A DNA stretch of 32,000 nucleotides from Candidatus Pelagibacter sp. HTCC7211 (GCF_000155895.1 NZ_DS995298.1:990001-1022000), one strand, 5' to 3'. Shown: positions 8,196 through 17,164, numbered from the stretch's first letter. Notes: generated by a model not told the origin, from the sequence alone. Numbers and translations: made by a program.

Positions 8196-9344
8196 TTATT
8201 TTGTTGGAAGATAAATTTTAATTTCAGTGCCATCATTAATTTTACTTAGAATCTCATAATCTCCCCTATGTTGAGCAATTATATGTTTCATTATAGCTAA
8301 ACCTAATCCTGTACCACCAACTTTTTTACTTTTTTCTGTGTCAACCCTAAAAAATCTTTCAGTTATCCTTGAAATTAAATCTTGAGGAATACCTATGCCT
8401 TCATCTTTAATATTAATTAACATATTTTTTTCAATTAATTTACCTTCACTATTTTGACTTTTGACATAAATATTTTTTCCATCATTAGAGTATTTAATTG
8501 CATTATCTATTAAATTTGAAAAAACAGTTAACAATTTATCATAATCACCAAACACTAAAGTTGGTTCCATAAGCTCAATATGTAAATTAATTTTCTTTTT
8601 TTTTAGAATTAATTCAAAGTTGCTCTTAATATTTGTAAAAATATCATTTAAGTTCACAATTTTATTTGGCTTAATATGTTCCTCTAATTCTATTCTACTT
8701 AAAATCAATAAATCATTAATAAGGTTTTCCATTCTAAAAACCTGATCAGACATAATCTTCATAAACTTTTTTTGTGCAACTTTATCATCTGAGGCTGGTC
8801 CTAGAATAGTTTCTAAAGAACCTTTAATTGAAACCAAAGGAGTTCTTAGCTCGTGACTAACATTAGCAACAAAATCAGTTTTTAATTTTTGTGCTTTAGT
8901 TATTTCTGTAAAATCTTTAAGAAATAAAACAACAGAATCTGTCTCTGGAAATAAATGAGTAGGACCAGGAATAATATAAATTTTGTACAATTGATATGAT
9001 GGTAAATTAATTTCAACATTCACATATTTTGTTACCTGATCTTTAATAGCTTCATCAATTGTTTCTAATAATTTTGTATCTCTTATTACACTTGATATAT
9101 TTTTATCAATTAAATTTTCACCAAAACGTTGTTTTGCACTTTTGTTTAAATATTTGATTAAATTATATTTATCTAAAGCAAAAAATTGATCTTCCAATTC
9201 CTCAATTATTACACGTTTACCTAAATCGTCTTTGTTTGTTTTATTGATAGTGGGAGCAGTATTTATTGGTTTAATATTTTTTTTAATTAAGAGGTAAAAT
9301 AGTACGATTATTATAATTAACAGAAAATAAATAATAAAATCCAT
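8196..9344 (-). CDS. phoR: phosphate regulon sensor histidine kinase PhoR
   Basis: The protein has a single N-terminal TM helix and a PAS-like region. The HisKA H-box is FVANVSHELRTPL, the N-box is LIDNAIKYS and the G-box is GGTGLGLAIMKHI. The call is also supported by its position next to the pst-phoU-phoB genes. Confidence 0.85.
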   Translation of the reverse strand: MDFIIYFLLIIIIVLFYLLIKKNIKPINTAPTINKTNKDDLGKRVIIEELEDQFFALDKYNLIKYLNKSAKQRFGENLIDKNISSVIRDTKLLETIDEAIKDQVTKYVNVEINLPSYQLYKIYIIPGPTHLFPETDSVVLFLKDFTEITKAQKLKTDFVANVSHELRTPLVSIKGSLETILGPASDDKVAQKKFMKIMSDQVFRMENLINDLLILSRIELEEHIKPNKIVNLNDIFTNIKSNFELILKKKKINLHIELMEPTLVFGDYDKLLTVFSNLIDNAIKYSNDGKNIYVKSQNSEGKLIEKNMLINIKDEGIGIPQDLISRITERFFRVDTEKSKKVGGTGLGLAIMKHIIAQHRGDYEILSKINDGTEIKIYLPTK

Positions 9345-9353
9345 ACTATTTTA

Positions 9354-9382
9354 ATGTAACAAATTTGAAATAATTTTTTAAC
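9354..9382 (+). promoter_or_regulatory. candidate Pho-box array upstream of olsB (in the 71-bp phoR/olsB divergent spacer)
   Basis: The plus strand reads ATGTAAC-AAAT-TTGAAAT-AATT-TTTTAAC, with units at 9354-9360, 9365-9371 and 9376-9382. The 7+4 phasing and the unit types (xTGTAAC, TTTTAAC) match those upstream of pstS. The array ends 34 nt before the olsB ATG (9416). Confidence 0.5.
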
Positions 9383-9415
9383 TTTAAATACATGTGAATC
9401 TTTTATCAAAGTTTC

Positions 9416-10243
9416 ATGACAATAAACAATATATTAAGAAAAAATAATATTACTAAAAAGTTTAATATTAATACTCATGATTTTTTTAAACCTGTTTTTG
9501 ATGTTAAGCTAGCTGAAAGCAGAAGTGAGATCAAACTTGCTCAAAAACTTAGATACAAAGTTTTTTTTTCAGAAAGGATACACAATCCTATATTAAATAT
9601 TGGAAATTTTAGGAGGGATTCTGATAAATTTGATAATTATGCAGATCATATAATTGTTAAATTTAGAAAAAATAAATTTTCAAAAACTAAAGTAATTGGC
9701 ACCTATCGTTTACTAAAACAATCTGTAGCAGAAAAAAAATCAGGTTTTTACAGTTGCGATGAATTTAATCTAGACAATCTATTAAATTCAAAAATTTATA
9801 ACAACATGCTTGAATTAAGTCGGTCATGTATATCTCAAAAATTTAGAAACAAAAATGTGCTAAAATTAATGTGGAATGAAATATATCGGTATATTAATAA
9901 AAATAATATAGATGCTTTATTTGGTACAGCTAGTTTTTTAGACACCAATATTAATAAGATTGAGGATCAATTAATTTATCTAAATAATAACCACAAAATG
10001 TCAGATAATATTAAAGTAAATGCATTAGCAAATTATAAAGTCAAAGTTGATTATAAAAAACAAATTGACATAAATCTTAAATTGGTTTCAAAGCTGCCAA
10101 CCCTAATTAAAGCTTATTTAAAATTTAATGCATCAATTGGAGAAGGTGCAGTTGTTGACAAAAAGTTTAAAACAACCGATGTATTTGTTTTTTTACCTAT
10201 TGAAGAAATTAACAAAGATTATGTTAATAAAATTATAGACTAA
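9416..10243 (+). CDS. olsB: N-acyltransferase of aminolipid synthesis (OlsB-like, hemolysin-like GNAT)
   Basis: The N-terminal block VKLAESRSEIKLAQKLRYKVFFSE is the characteristic OlsB/hemolysin-like acyltransferase opening. The gene is translationally coupled (TAATG) to an OlsA-like acyltransferase. The amino-acid head group (ornithine or glutamine) cannot be read from the sequence. Confidence 0.7.
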   Translation: MTINNILRKNNITKKFNINTHDFFKPVFDVKLAESRSEIKLAQKLRYKVFFSERIHNPILNIGNFRRDSDKFDNYADHIIVKFRKNKFSKTKVIGTYRLLKQSVAEKKSGFYSCDEFNLDNLLNSKIYNNMLELSRSCISQKFRNKNVLKLMWNEIYRYINKNNIDALFGTASFLDTNINKIEDQLIYLNNNHKMSDNIKVNALANYKVKVDYKKQIDINLKLVSKLPTLIKAYLKFNASIGEGAVVDKKFKTTDVFVFLPIEEINKDYVNKIID

Positions 10244-10980
10244 TGGAAAAAATTATTAATAAAATATCCAAAGTCGATGAAATCAAATCTTTGTATAAAA
10301 ATAATTATGAAGATTTAAAAAAGTCATCGAATTTTTGGAAAAAAACATTAGATATCTTAAATATAGATTACTACGCAGAACATATAACCAATATTCCAAA
10401 AACAGGTTCGGCAATAGTTGTTGCTAACCATCCTTTTGGATTATTAGATGGATTAATAATTTGTTCTATAATTTGTGATATCAGAAAAGATTATAAAATT
10501 TTAATTAATGAAGAGGTATCACAAATTGATCAAATAAGAGAATATTTGTTACCAATAAAATTTTCTACAGTTACAGCAGATATTAAAAAAAACATAATTA
10601 CTAAAAAAAAAGCAATTGAACATTTAAATTCAAATGGAATTTTAATTACTTTTCCTTCGGGTGAAGTTGCTACTTCTTCATTAATTTTTAATGAGGCCAA
10701 TGAAAGAGAATGGAAGCCTTTAATAGGCTCTATAATTAACAAAACAAAAGCAGATATTATTCCTGTTCGTTTTTTTGGTAAGAATAGTTTATTTTTTCAC
10801 ACAATGGGTTTTATAAACAATAATTTAAGAAAAGTTTTATTTATTAGGGAGCTTTTTAATAAAAAAAATAAAAAATTTAACCTAAGTATTGGAAAAAGAA
10901 TTACTTTGCTTCAAAAAGAAAAACTAAGTAACAGGCAAATAGTTGGGAAACTTAGATCAATTGTATTAAATATTAATTAG
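10243..10980 (+). CDS. olsA: lyso-aminolipid O-acyltransferase (OlsA-like, PlsC family)
   Basis: The PlsC-family HX4D motif is present (VANHPFGLLDG), as is the FPSGEV block (equivalent to FPEG). The gene lies immediately downstream of olsB. Confidence 0.7.
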   Translation: MEKIINKISKVDEIKSLYKNNYEDLKKSSNFWKKTLDILNIDYYAEHITNIPKTGSAIVVANHPFGLLDGLIICSIICDIRKDYKILINEEVSQIDQIREYLLPIKFSTVTADIKKNIITKKKAIEHLNSNGILITFPSGEVATSSLIFNEANEREWKPLIGSIINKTKADIIPVRFFGKNSLFFHTMGFINNNLRKVLFIRELFNKKNKKFNLSIGKRITLLQKEKLSNRQIVGKLRSIVLNIN

Positions 10981-11977
10981 GTGATATATTGTTATAAAAT
11001 ATCCTTGCTGTTTCTTCCCAACTATATTTTTTAGCAAATTCTAGACAATCTTCTCGATTTACTTTTAGTGCCTTAAGTGCGGAGGTTTTAAGGTCTTGAT
11101 CTAATGTATCTATTTTAGAACCACCTAATATATCTTTAGGACCAGGAACTGGATAAGCTGCAACAGGTGTTCCACAACTTAAAGACTCCAAAACCACAAT
11201 ACCAAAAGTATCGGTTTTGCTAGGGAATACAAAAACGTCTGATGATGCAAAATGAGATGCTAATTCTCCATTAGTTTTTTCACCTAAAAAATAATCATTT
11301 GGATATTTTTTTTTCAATTTATTTAAGTTAGGACCTTTTCCAATTATAACTTTAGTGCCTTCGAGATCTAGATCTAAAAATGCTTTAATATTTTTTTCAA
11401 CTGCAACTCTACCGACGTATATCCATATGGGTCTTTTATAAGGTAAATCTCTTTTAACTGGATTTTTAAATGCACCATGATTACCTCCCCTAGTCCATGT
11501 AACCATTTTATTATTATCAACACCTAATGCAATTAGCTCTTCTCGCATAGATTCTGTTGTTACTAAAATTCTTTCAGCTTTATTGTGGAAGTTACATAAA
11601 AATTTTTCTGACCATTTTGCTGGAATGATAGGCATATAAAGTTTAATGTATTTATCAAATCTTGTATGAAAACTTGTTGTAAACTTTAAGCCCTTTTTAA
11701 TACAATGCCTTCTTGCCATAAAACCAAGAGGTCCCTCTGTTGCAATATGTATTGCATCAGGTTTAATTGAATTAATTAAATTACTTACACGTGGCCAAAC
11801 ATTTAATGATAATCTAATTTCATTATATTTAGGCATAGGCACAGTAAGAAATTGTTGAGGAGTAATATATTCAATTGTGTGACCTTGAGATTTAAGAATT
11901 TCACCAGTTTCATGGAGAGTTCGAACTACACCATTCACTTGTGGATAATATGCATCTGTTACGATTAAAATTTTCAC
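10973..11977 (-). CDS. agt: GT4-family glycosyltransferase, diacylglycerol glycosyltransferase (Agt-like) for glycolipid synthesis
   Basis: The N-terminus MKILIVTDAYYPQVNGVVRTL is typical of GT4 enzymes. The C-terminal FVFPSKTDTFGIVVLESLSCGTPV block is the EX7E region. It has a GTG start 2 nt after the plcP stop. The plcP-agt pairing is the published lipid-remodelling module of marine bacteria. Confidence 0.7.
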   Translation of the reverse strand: MKILIVTDAYYPQVNGVVRTLHETGEILKSQGHTIEYITPQQFLTVPMPKYNEIRLSLNVWPRVSNLINSIKPDAIHIATEGPLGFMARRHCIKKGLKFTTSFHTRFDKYIKLYMPIIPAKWSEKFLCNFHNKAERILVTTESMREELIALGVDNNKMVTWTRGGNHGAFKNPVKRDLPYKRPIWIYVGRVAVEKNIKAFLDLDLEGTKVIIGKGPNLNKLKKKYPNDYFLGEKTNGELASHFASSDVFVFPSKTDTFGIVVLESLSCGTPVAAYPVPGPKDILGGSKIDTLDQDLKTSALKALKVNREDCLEFAKKYSWEETARIFYNNISPN

Positions 11978-11979
11978 GC

Positions 11980-12813
11980 TTAAGAAGCTCGCTTTAAATC
12001 TTCTACGTTATCTTTTTTAATTATTTCCTTTTTCTCTTTATCATCTGTTACGAATTCTTTCCTAACATTATCCCAATAAATAATTTCAAATGTTCCATCA
12101 TATTTCTCTGCTAAAGCAGTGCAGGACTCTACCCAGTCTCCACAGTTTAAATAATTAATTCCATCAAAATTTTGATCTTCCGCATGATGAATATGTCCAC
12201 AAATTATACCATCATATTTTTTTCTTTTTGCATAATCTGATACTGTTCTTTCATATTCACCTATATATTTAACTGCATTTTTAACTTTATATTTTAAAAA
12301 TTTTGCTAGAGACCAGTAACTTTTTCCTCTTAATTTTCTGAAGAAATTTATAACAATATTTAATCTAAGTAATAGTTCGTATGCAATTGATCCTAACTTA
12401 GATAACCATTTTGCATATTTCATTACACCATCCCAAGCATCACCATGGACTACAAGATATTTTTTTCCAAGCTGAGTTTCGTGAATAACCCTGTTAACAA
12501 TATTAATATCTCCAAAATGCATTGGTATAAATTTTCTAAAAACCTCGTCGTGATTTCCAACTATATAAAATACTTTAGTACCGTGTCTTGCTTTTCTTAA
12601 AATTTTTTGGATTACGTCATTGTGTGGTTGAGGCCAATAAAACGTTTTCTGCATAGCCCACACATCAATAATATCTCCTACAAGATATAAATTTTCTGAC
12701 CTTGAAAATTTAAAAAACTCTAGCAATTTATCAGCTTGACACCCTTTAGTGCCTAGATGGACATCGGATATAAATAAACTTTTGTAAGTTATTAAAGATT
12801 TTTTTGATTCCAT
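11980..12813 (-). CDS. plcP: metallophosphoesterase, phospholipase C PlcP-like (LpxH-like fold)
   Basis: Calcineurin-like phosphoesterase motifs occur in order: SDVHLG, VGDIIDVW, GNHDE, VHGD and GHIHH. It is followed by the GT4 gene, which matches the plcP-agt arrangement. Confidence 0.7.
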   Translation of the reverse strand: MESKKSLITYKSLFISDVHLGTKGCQADKLLEFFKFSRSENLYLVGDIIDVWAMQKTFYWPQPHNDVIQKILRKARHGTKVFYIVGNHDEVFRKFIPMHFGDINIVNRVIHETQLGKKYLVVHGDAWDGVMKYAKWLSKLGSIAYELLLRLNIVINFFRKLRGKSYWSLAKFLKYKVKNAVKYIGEYERTVSDYAKRKKYDGIICGHIHHAEDQNFDGINYLNCGDWVESCTALAEKYDGTFEIIYWDNVRKEFVTDDKEKKEIIKKDNVEDLKRAS

Positions 12814-12859
12814 ATTTTCTTGTTTAAATAAGCAATTCTATTATAACTAGAATCATTAA

Positions 12860-12886
12860 TTTTAATTCTACATCTTTATGTTACAA
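12860..12886 (-). promoter_or_regulatory. candidate Pho box / PhoB half-sites upstream of plcP
   Basis: The minus strand carries TTGTAAC (12886..12880), then ATGTAGA-ATTA-AAATTAA (12873..12856). Exactly 10 bp further on there is a perfect TATAAT (12845..12840). The plcP ATG is at 12813. The second halves of the box are weak, and the first unit is out of phase (13 bp). Confidence 0.35.
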
Positions 12887-12897
12887 TTTTATTAAAT

Positions 12898-13788
12898 ATG
12901 AAATTTTGCCTAATATATAATAAGAAATCAGCAGGTGGAAGAAAGTCAAAATTTATCAAAAAAGTACTTGAAGAAATATCGAATCACCACAAAGTTGATT
13001 TGTTTGAAACATCAAGTGAGTCTGAAGCCTCTGAAATTATAAAAAACTTTGAGATAAATAAATACGATAGATTGTTAGTTGCAGGTGGAGATGGTTCTGT
13101 TTCTTTTGCAATTAATGAATTAATAAAAAATAATTTTAATCTCCCTGAAAATTTTGCAATTGGATATATTCCAGCTGGTACAGCTAATATTTTGCAAGCA
13201 GAATTAGGTATGACCAAAAATGTAAAACATATAGCTAATACGCTTACTTCAGATAATTATGACAAAACATGTTTGGTTAAAATTAATGACAAGCATTTTA
13301 TTTTAATGGCAGGTATTGGATGGGACGCTCAAATTGTAAATTCGATTGACTCTTATTTAAAGAAAATTCTAGGAAAAGTTATTTTTGGTATAAAAGGTTT
13401 CCAAAAATTTTTATCAATGAATAATAAAAAAATTAAAGTGTCGATAGATAAAGAAGATATATTTGCTGATTGGGTGCTTTGCTCAAATAGCAAATACTAT
13501 GCTGGGCACCATAAAATTACTGATACACATATATTTGATAAAAAATTTACTACCTATATTTTTAAGGATCTCAAAAGATATAAATTACTTTATTATATTT
13601 ATTTAATAGCTGTATATGGAAATTTGAATAAATCTAAATCTGTGATTACTGTAAATGTAGATGAAATTAAATTTGACGGTTTGGGAAATAATATACCTGT
13701 ACAAATTGATGGTGATAATTTTGGTGAGCACAAAAAAATAATTATTTCGTCTTCAAAACAAGTATTTAATATCCTAAAAGCAGCTTAA
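12898..13788 (+). CDS. soluble lipid kinase, diacylglycerol-kinase catalytic-domain family (YegS/DagK-like)
   Basis: The DAGK_cat signature is present (RLLVAGGDGSVSFAINEL, IPAGTANIL). The size of about 296 aa is typical of YegS/BmrU/DagK kinases. The lipid substrate cannot be determined from the sequence. Confidence 0.75.
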   Translation: MKFCLIYNKKSAGGRKSKFIKKVLEEISNHHKVDLFETSSESEASEIIKNFEINKYDRLLVAGGDGSVSFAINELIKNNFNLPENFAIGYIPAGTANILQAELGMTKNVKHIANTLTSDNYDKTCLVKINDKHFILMAGIGWDAQIVNSIDSYLKKILGKVIFGIKGFQKFLSMNNKKIKVSIDKEDIFADWVLCSNSKYYAGHHKITDTHIFDKKFTTYIFKDLKRYKLLYYIYLIAVYGNLNKSKSVITVNVDEIKFDGLGNNIPVQIDGDNFGEHKKIIISSSKQVFNILKAA

Positions 13789-13857
13789 ATATTTCATTTA
13801 CTTAATTTTGATATTTTGCAATAATATATTATTAAACTCATACAATTGGAGGTTGAG

Positions 13858-14067
13858 ATGAAAAAAAAACTTAAAAACTTTGCAAAAAAGAAACAAAAAA
13901 TTAGTAAATCAATTAATAAGTTCAAAAATAAGATAAATTTAAAAGAAAAAAAATTATCTAAAATTAATATAAAAATTGCAAGTTTAGAAAAAAAAGTTGC
14001 TGAAAAAAAAGCAAAAAAAATAGCTAGGAAAAAAGCTAGTGAAAGCCCAGCATCTGTAAATAATTAA
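13858..14067 (+). CDS. small lysine-rich basic protein (69 aa), unknown function
   Basis: The ATG at 13858 is preceded by GGAGG (13848-13852), the clearest Shine-Dalgarno sequence I saw in the window. The ORF track starts at a TTG at 13846. The sequence is MKKKLKNFAKKKQKISKSINKFKNKINLKEKKLSKINIKIASLEKKVAEKKAKKIARKKASESPASVNN. In an A-rich genome such an ORF could be fortuitous, so confidence is moderate. Confidence 0.45.
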   Translation: MKKKLKNFAKKKQKISKSINKFKNKINLKEKKLSKINIKIASLEKKVAEKKAKKIARKKASESPASVNN

Positions 14068-14080
14068 TATCTAAATTTGT

Positions 14081-14150
14081 CTTTCTCTCTTCTCAATTAT
14101 GAAAAGAGAGAAAGTAGTTAATTAACAAAATTTATAAAATTGAGAGAAGA
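14081..14150. other. two mutually exclusive inverted repeats (polypyrimidine/polypurine arms) in the 173-bp spacer
   Basis: H1 pairs CTTTCTCTCTT (14081-14091) with AAGAGAGAAAG (14104-14114), a perfect 11-bp stem with a 12-nt loop. H2 pairs TCTCTTCTCAATT (14086-14098) with AATTGAGAGAAGA (14138-14150) at 11 of 13 positions. The left arms overlap, so only one structure can form at a time. Neither is followed by a clear U-run on either strand. Confidence 0.4.
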
Positions 14151-14240
14151 ATAATTGGTTATTAAAATATAAATTTTGTGAACAACTCTTAAGTAAATTT
14201 AATTACAAAAATATTTATCTAATATTACAATTCAGTTAAT

Positions 14241-15446
14241 TTAACGAACTCTTCCATAAACATCTTGATATCTAACAATATCTGTTTCCTTGAGAATTGA
14301 TCCTATTTGAGCTTCCATAATTTTTACAGGTTTTTTCCCAGGATTTTGAATTCTATGTATTGATCCTAGCGGTATAAAAATATGTTCATTAGGTTTTTTA
14401 ATAAAATTATCTTTATTTAGAGTAATCTTTGGGTTTCCTTGAGTAACCAACCAATGTTCAGCTCTATGATGATGCTTTTGTAAACTTAAAATACCTTTTG
14501 GTTTTACAATTAATTCTTTAATTAAAAATTCTTTTCCTTCAAATAAGTTAGTGTATCTGCCCCATGGTCTATAAAAAACATTCTTTTTCTTAATATATTT
14601 ATTTTTGTTCATTCCATACATTTTTAAGATTTCTTTCCAACTACCAAGATCTGACCAAGGGATATCTAATTTAATTGCATTGATTTGTTTTGTCTTTTCT
14701 AGAATTGCATAATCGAATGATTTTGCAGTAGCTTTTATAAATGATGCTTTGTTAAGATAATAAATATTAGATTTTAATTTAGCTTTTTTAACTGCGTTAA
14801 CACAATTTCCATAAATTGTTGGCTGAAGATTTTTAAAATTATTAATTATTGAGTCTTTTCTAATGAAAAACATTCCTGAATTCCAATAACCTTTTTGTTT
14901 AATTACTTGTCTAGCTTTAGCTTCTTTTGGTTTTTCAATAAATTTAATTACTTTATTTATGTTTCCTTTAACTTTTTTAGTTACAAAATACCCATATTCA
15001 CTTGAGGGTGCTGTTGGTTTAATACCAAAGATAAAGATATTTTGATCCGTTAATTTTGATTTATTTTTATTTATTGCTTTATTAAATACACTCATTTTTT
15101 CAATTAAATGATCTGCTGAAAAAAACATTAGTGGTTGTTCATTTGGAATATCTTTTATTAAAGCAGTACTTAAAATAGCTGGTGCTGTATTTCTTTTTAA
15201 AGGTTCTAAAACAATTTTATAATTTTTAATCTTATTTTTCTTAAGGTGTTGTTGAACTTGTTTTAGATATTTTTTATTAGTACTTATAATCGGTGCATCA
15301 TAAATTGATGCTTTTGTTCTTTCTAAAGTTTTGTCTAATAAAGTCCATTTACCAAAATCAATAAATTGTTTTGCTTGATGATTTTTAGAATTAGGCCAAA
15401 GTCGAGTTCCAGCACCTCCACATAAAATTACTGGACGAATTTTCAT
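14241..15446 (-). CDS. manC: mannose-1-phosphate guanylyltransferase (GDP-mannose pyrophosphorylase) with C-terminal cupin
   Basis: The N-terminus PVILCGGAGTRLWP is the nucleotidyltransferase signature. The C-terminal cupin block is LSLQKHHHRAEHWLVTQG ... IPLGSIHRIQNPG. Confidence 0.85.
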   Translation of the reverse strand: MKIRPVILCGGAGTRLWPNSKNHQAKQFIDFGKWTLLDKTLERTKASIYDAPIISTNKKYLKQVQQHLKKNKIKNYKIVLEPLKRNTAPAILSTALIKDIPNEQPLMFFSADHLIEKMSVFNKAINKNKSKLTDQNIFIFGIKPTAPSSEYGYFVTKKVKGNINKVIKFIEKPKEAKARQVIKQKGYWNSGMFFIRKDSIINNFKNLQPTIYGNCVNAVKKAKLKSNIYYLNKASFIKATAKSFDYAILEKTKQINAIKLDIPWSDLGSWKEILKMYGMNKNKYIKKKNVFYRPWGRYTNLFEGKEFLIKELIVKPKGILSLQKHHHRAEHWLVTQGNPKITLNKDNFIKKPNEHIFIPLGSIHRIQNPGKKPVKIMEAQIGSILKETDIVRYQDVYGRVR

Positions 15447-17164
15447 TAAATTTCTGAATAATCCTTGACTTCTTTTTTCTTACCTGGATGAGTTGGTGCT
15501 CCTAAATAAGCTGGACCAACAGTTTGTGCATATTTCCACAATGTGCCAGATCCAAAGTCTGATTTTCTAGCCTTCCAATTTCTCTTTCTTGAAGCCAATT
15601 CTTTTTTAGATAGTCTTACATCGATAGTTCCTTTTTTGGCATCGATATCAATGATATCACCAGTACGTAATAGGCCTATAGGACCCCCTAGAGCGGCCTC
15701 AGGGCCTACGTGACCAACACAGAAGCCTCTTGTAGCACCAGAGAACCTACCATCTGTAATAAGAGCTACTTTCTCCCCTTTTCCCTGTCCGTAGATTGCA
15801 CCTGTTGTTGATAGCATTTCCCTCATACCAGGACCACCTACTGGACCCTCATATCTAATTATGATCACATCACCATCATTATATTTTTTGCTTTGAACTG
15901 CTTTCATTGCACTTTCTTCATTATCAAAGCATCTTGCTTTACCAGTAAATTGTAATTTTTTTAATCCTGCAACTTTAACAATTGCACCTTCGGGAGCTAA
16001 ATTACCTTTTAAGCCAACAACTCCCCCTGTAGGTGATAAAGGATCTTTGTAAGATCTCATCACTTTTTGTTTTGGATTAAATTTAATATTTTTTAAATTT
16101 TCTTTCATGGTTTTACCAGTAACAGTCATGCAATCTCCATGAATAAAACCACCTTCATATAAAGTTTTTAAAAGCATTGGCACACCACCTGCTAACCACA
16201 TATCTTTTGCAACATATTTTCCACCTGGTTTTAAATCTGCAAGATAAGGAGTTCTTTTAAAAATTTTAGCAACATCCATTAAATCAAATTTAATTCCTGC
16301 TTCATTTGCAATAGCAGGCAAATGTAATCCTGCATTAGTAGATCCACCAGTTGCAGCAACTATTGTAGCAGCATTCTCTAATGCTTTTTTGGTTACAATG
16401 TCTCTTGGTTTAATTCCTTTTTGAAGTAAGTTCATAACTGTCTTACCACTTTCTTTTGCGTATTTATCTCTTTCCTCATAAGGAGCTGGTGTTCCTGCAG
16501 AATAAGGAAGTGCTAAACCAATTGCTTCAGATACACATGCCATAGTGTTTGCTGTAAATTGACCACCACAAGCACCAGCACTTGGACAAGCAACTAATTC
16601 TAGTTTTCTAAGTTCAACTGCAGACATTTGACCTGATGAATGCTTTCCTACAGCTTCAAATACATCAACAACAGTTACATCTTTACCTTTATATCTCCCT
16701 GGAAGAATTGATCCTCCATAAATAAAAACACTTGGAACGTTTAATCTAACCATAGACATCATTAATCCTGGTAATGATTTATCACATCCAGCAATACCGA
16801 CTAGAGCATCATAACAGTGTCCTCTTACAGTGAGTTCAGCAGAGTCTGCGATCACTTCTCTGGAAATTAAAGAAGATTTCATTCCTTCATGACCCATTGC
16901 AATACCATCTGTTACTGTAATTGTACAAAATTCTCTTGGAGTTCCTCCATTAGCTCTCACTCCTTTTTTAACAGATTGAGCCTGCCTCATAAGAGCAATA
17001 TTACAAGGAGCAGCTTCATTCCAAGTTGATACAACACCTACAAACGGTTTTGCCACATCTTTTTCAGTTTCGCCCATTGCATAATAAAACGATCTATGAG
17101 GAGCTCTATCTGCTCCTAACGATGTATGTCTACTTGGAAGTTTCTTCTTGTTAAATTTTGCCAT
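15446..17164 (-). CDS. ilvD: dihydroxy-acid dehydratase
   Basis: Hallmarks of the IlvD/Edd family are present across the 572 aa ([38 protein letters not shown]). Confidence 0.95.
   Translation of the reverse strand: MAKFNKKKLPSRHTSLGADRAPHRSFYYAMGETEKDVAKPFVGVVSTWNEAAPCNIALMRQAQSVKKGVRANGGTPREFCTITVTDGIAMGHEGMKSSLISREVIADSAELTVRGHCYDALVGIAGCDKSLPGLMMSMVRLNVPSVFIYGGSILPGRYKGKDVTVVDVFEAVGKHSSGQMSAVELRKLELVACPSAGACGGQFTANTMACVSEAIGLALPYSAGTPAPYEERDKYAKESGKTVMNLLQKGIKPRDIVTKKALENAATIVAATGGSTNAGLHLPAIANEAGIKFDLMDVAKIFKRTPYLADLKPGGKYVAKDMWLAGGVPMLLKTLYEGGFIHGDCMTVTGKTMKENLKNIKFNPKQKVMRSYKDPLSPTGGVVGLKGNLAPEGAIVKVAGLKKLQFTGKARCFDNEESAMKAVQSKKYNDGDVIIIRYEGPVGGPGMREMLSTTGAIYGQGKGEKVALITDGRFSGATRGFCVGHVGPEAALGGPIGLLRTGDIIDIDAKKGTIDVRLSKKELASRKRNWKARKSDFGSGTLWKYAQTVGPAYLGAPTHPGKKKEVKDYSEI

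Noticed and set aside
10530-13217. Minus-strand ORFs 10530-10742 and 12984-13217 inside olsA and the lipid kinase gene
   Set aside because: These are antisense shadow ORFs within motif-supported genes.
14099-14125. 8-codon mini-ORF (MKREKVVN) inside the hairpin region of the 173-bp spacer, considered as a possible leader peptide
   Set aside because: There is no SD, no regulatory codon pattern and no downstream gene on that strand to attenuate. It is most likely fortuitous.
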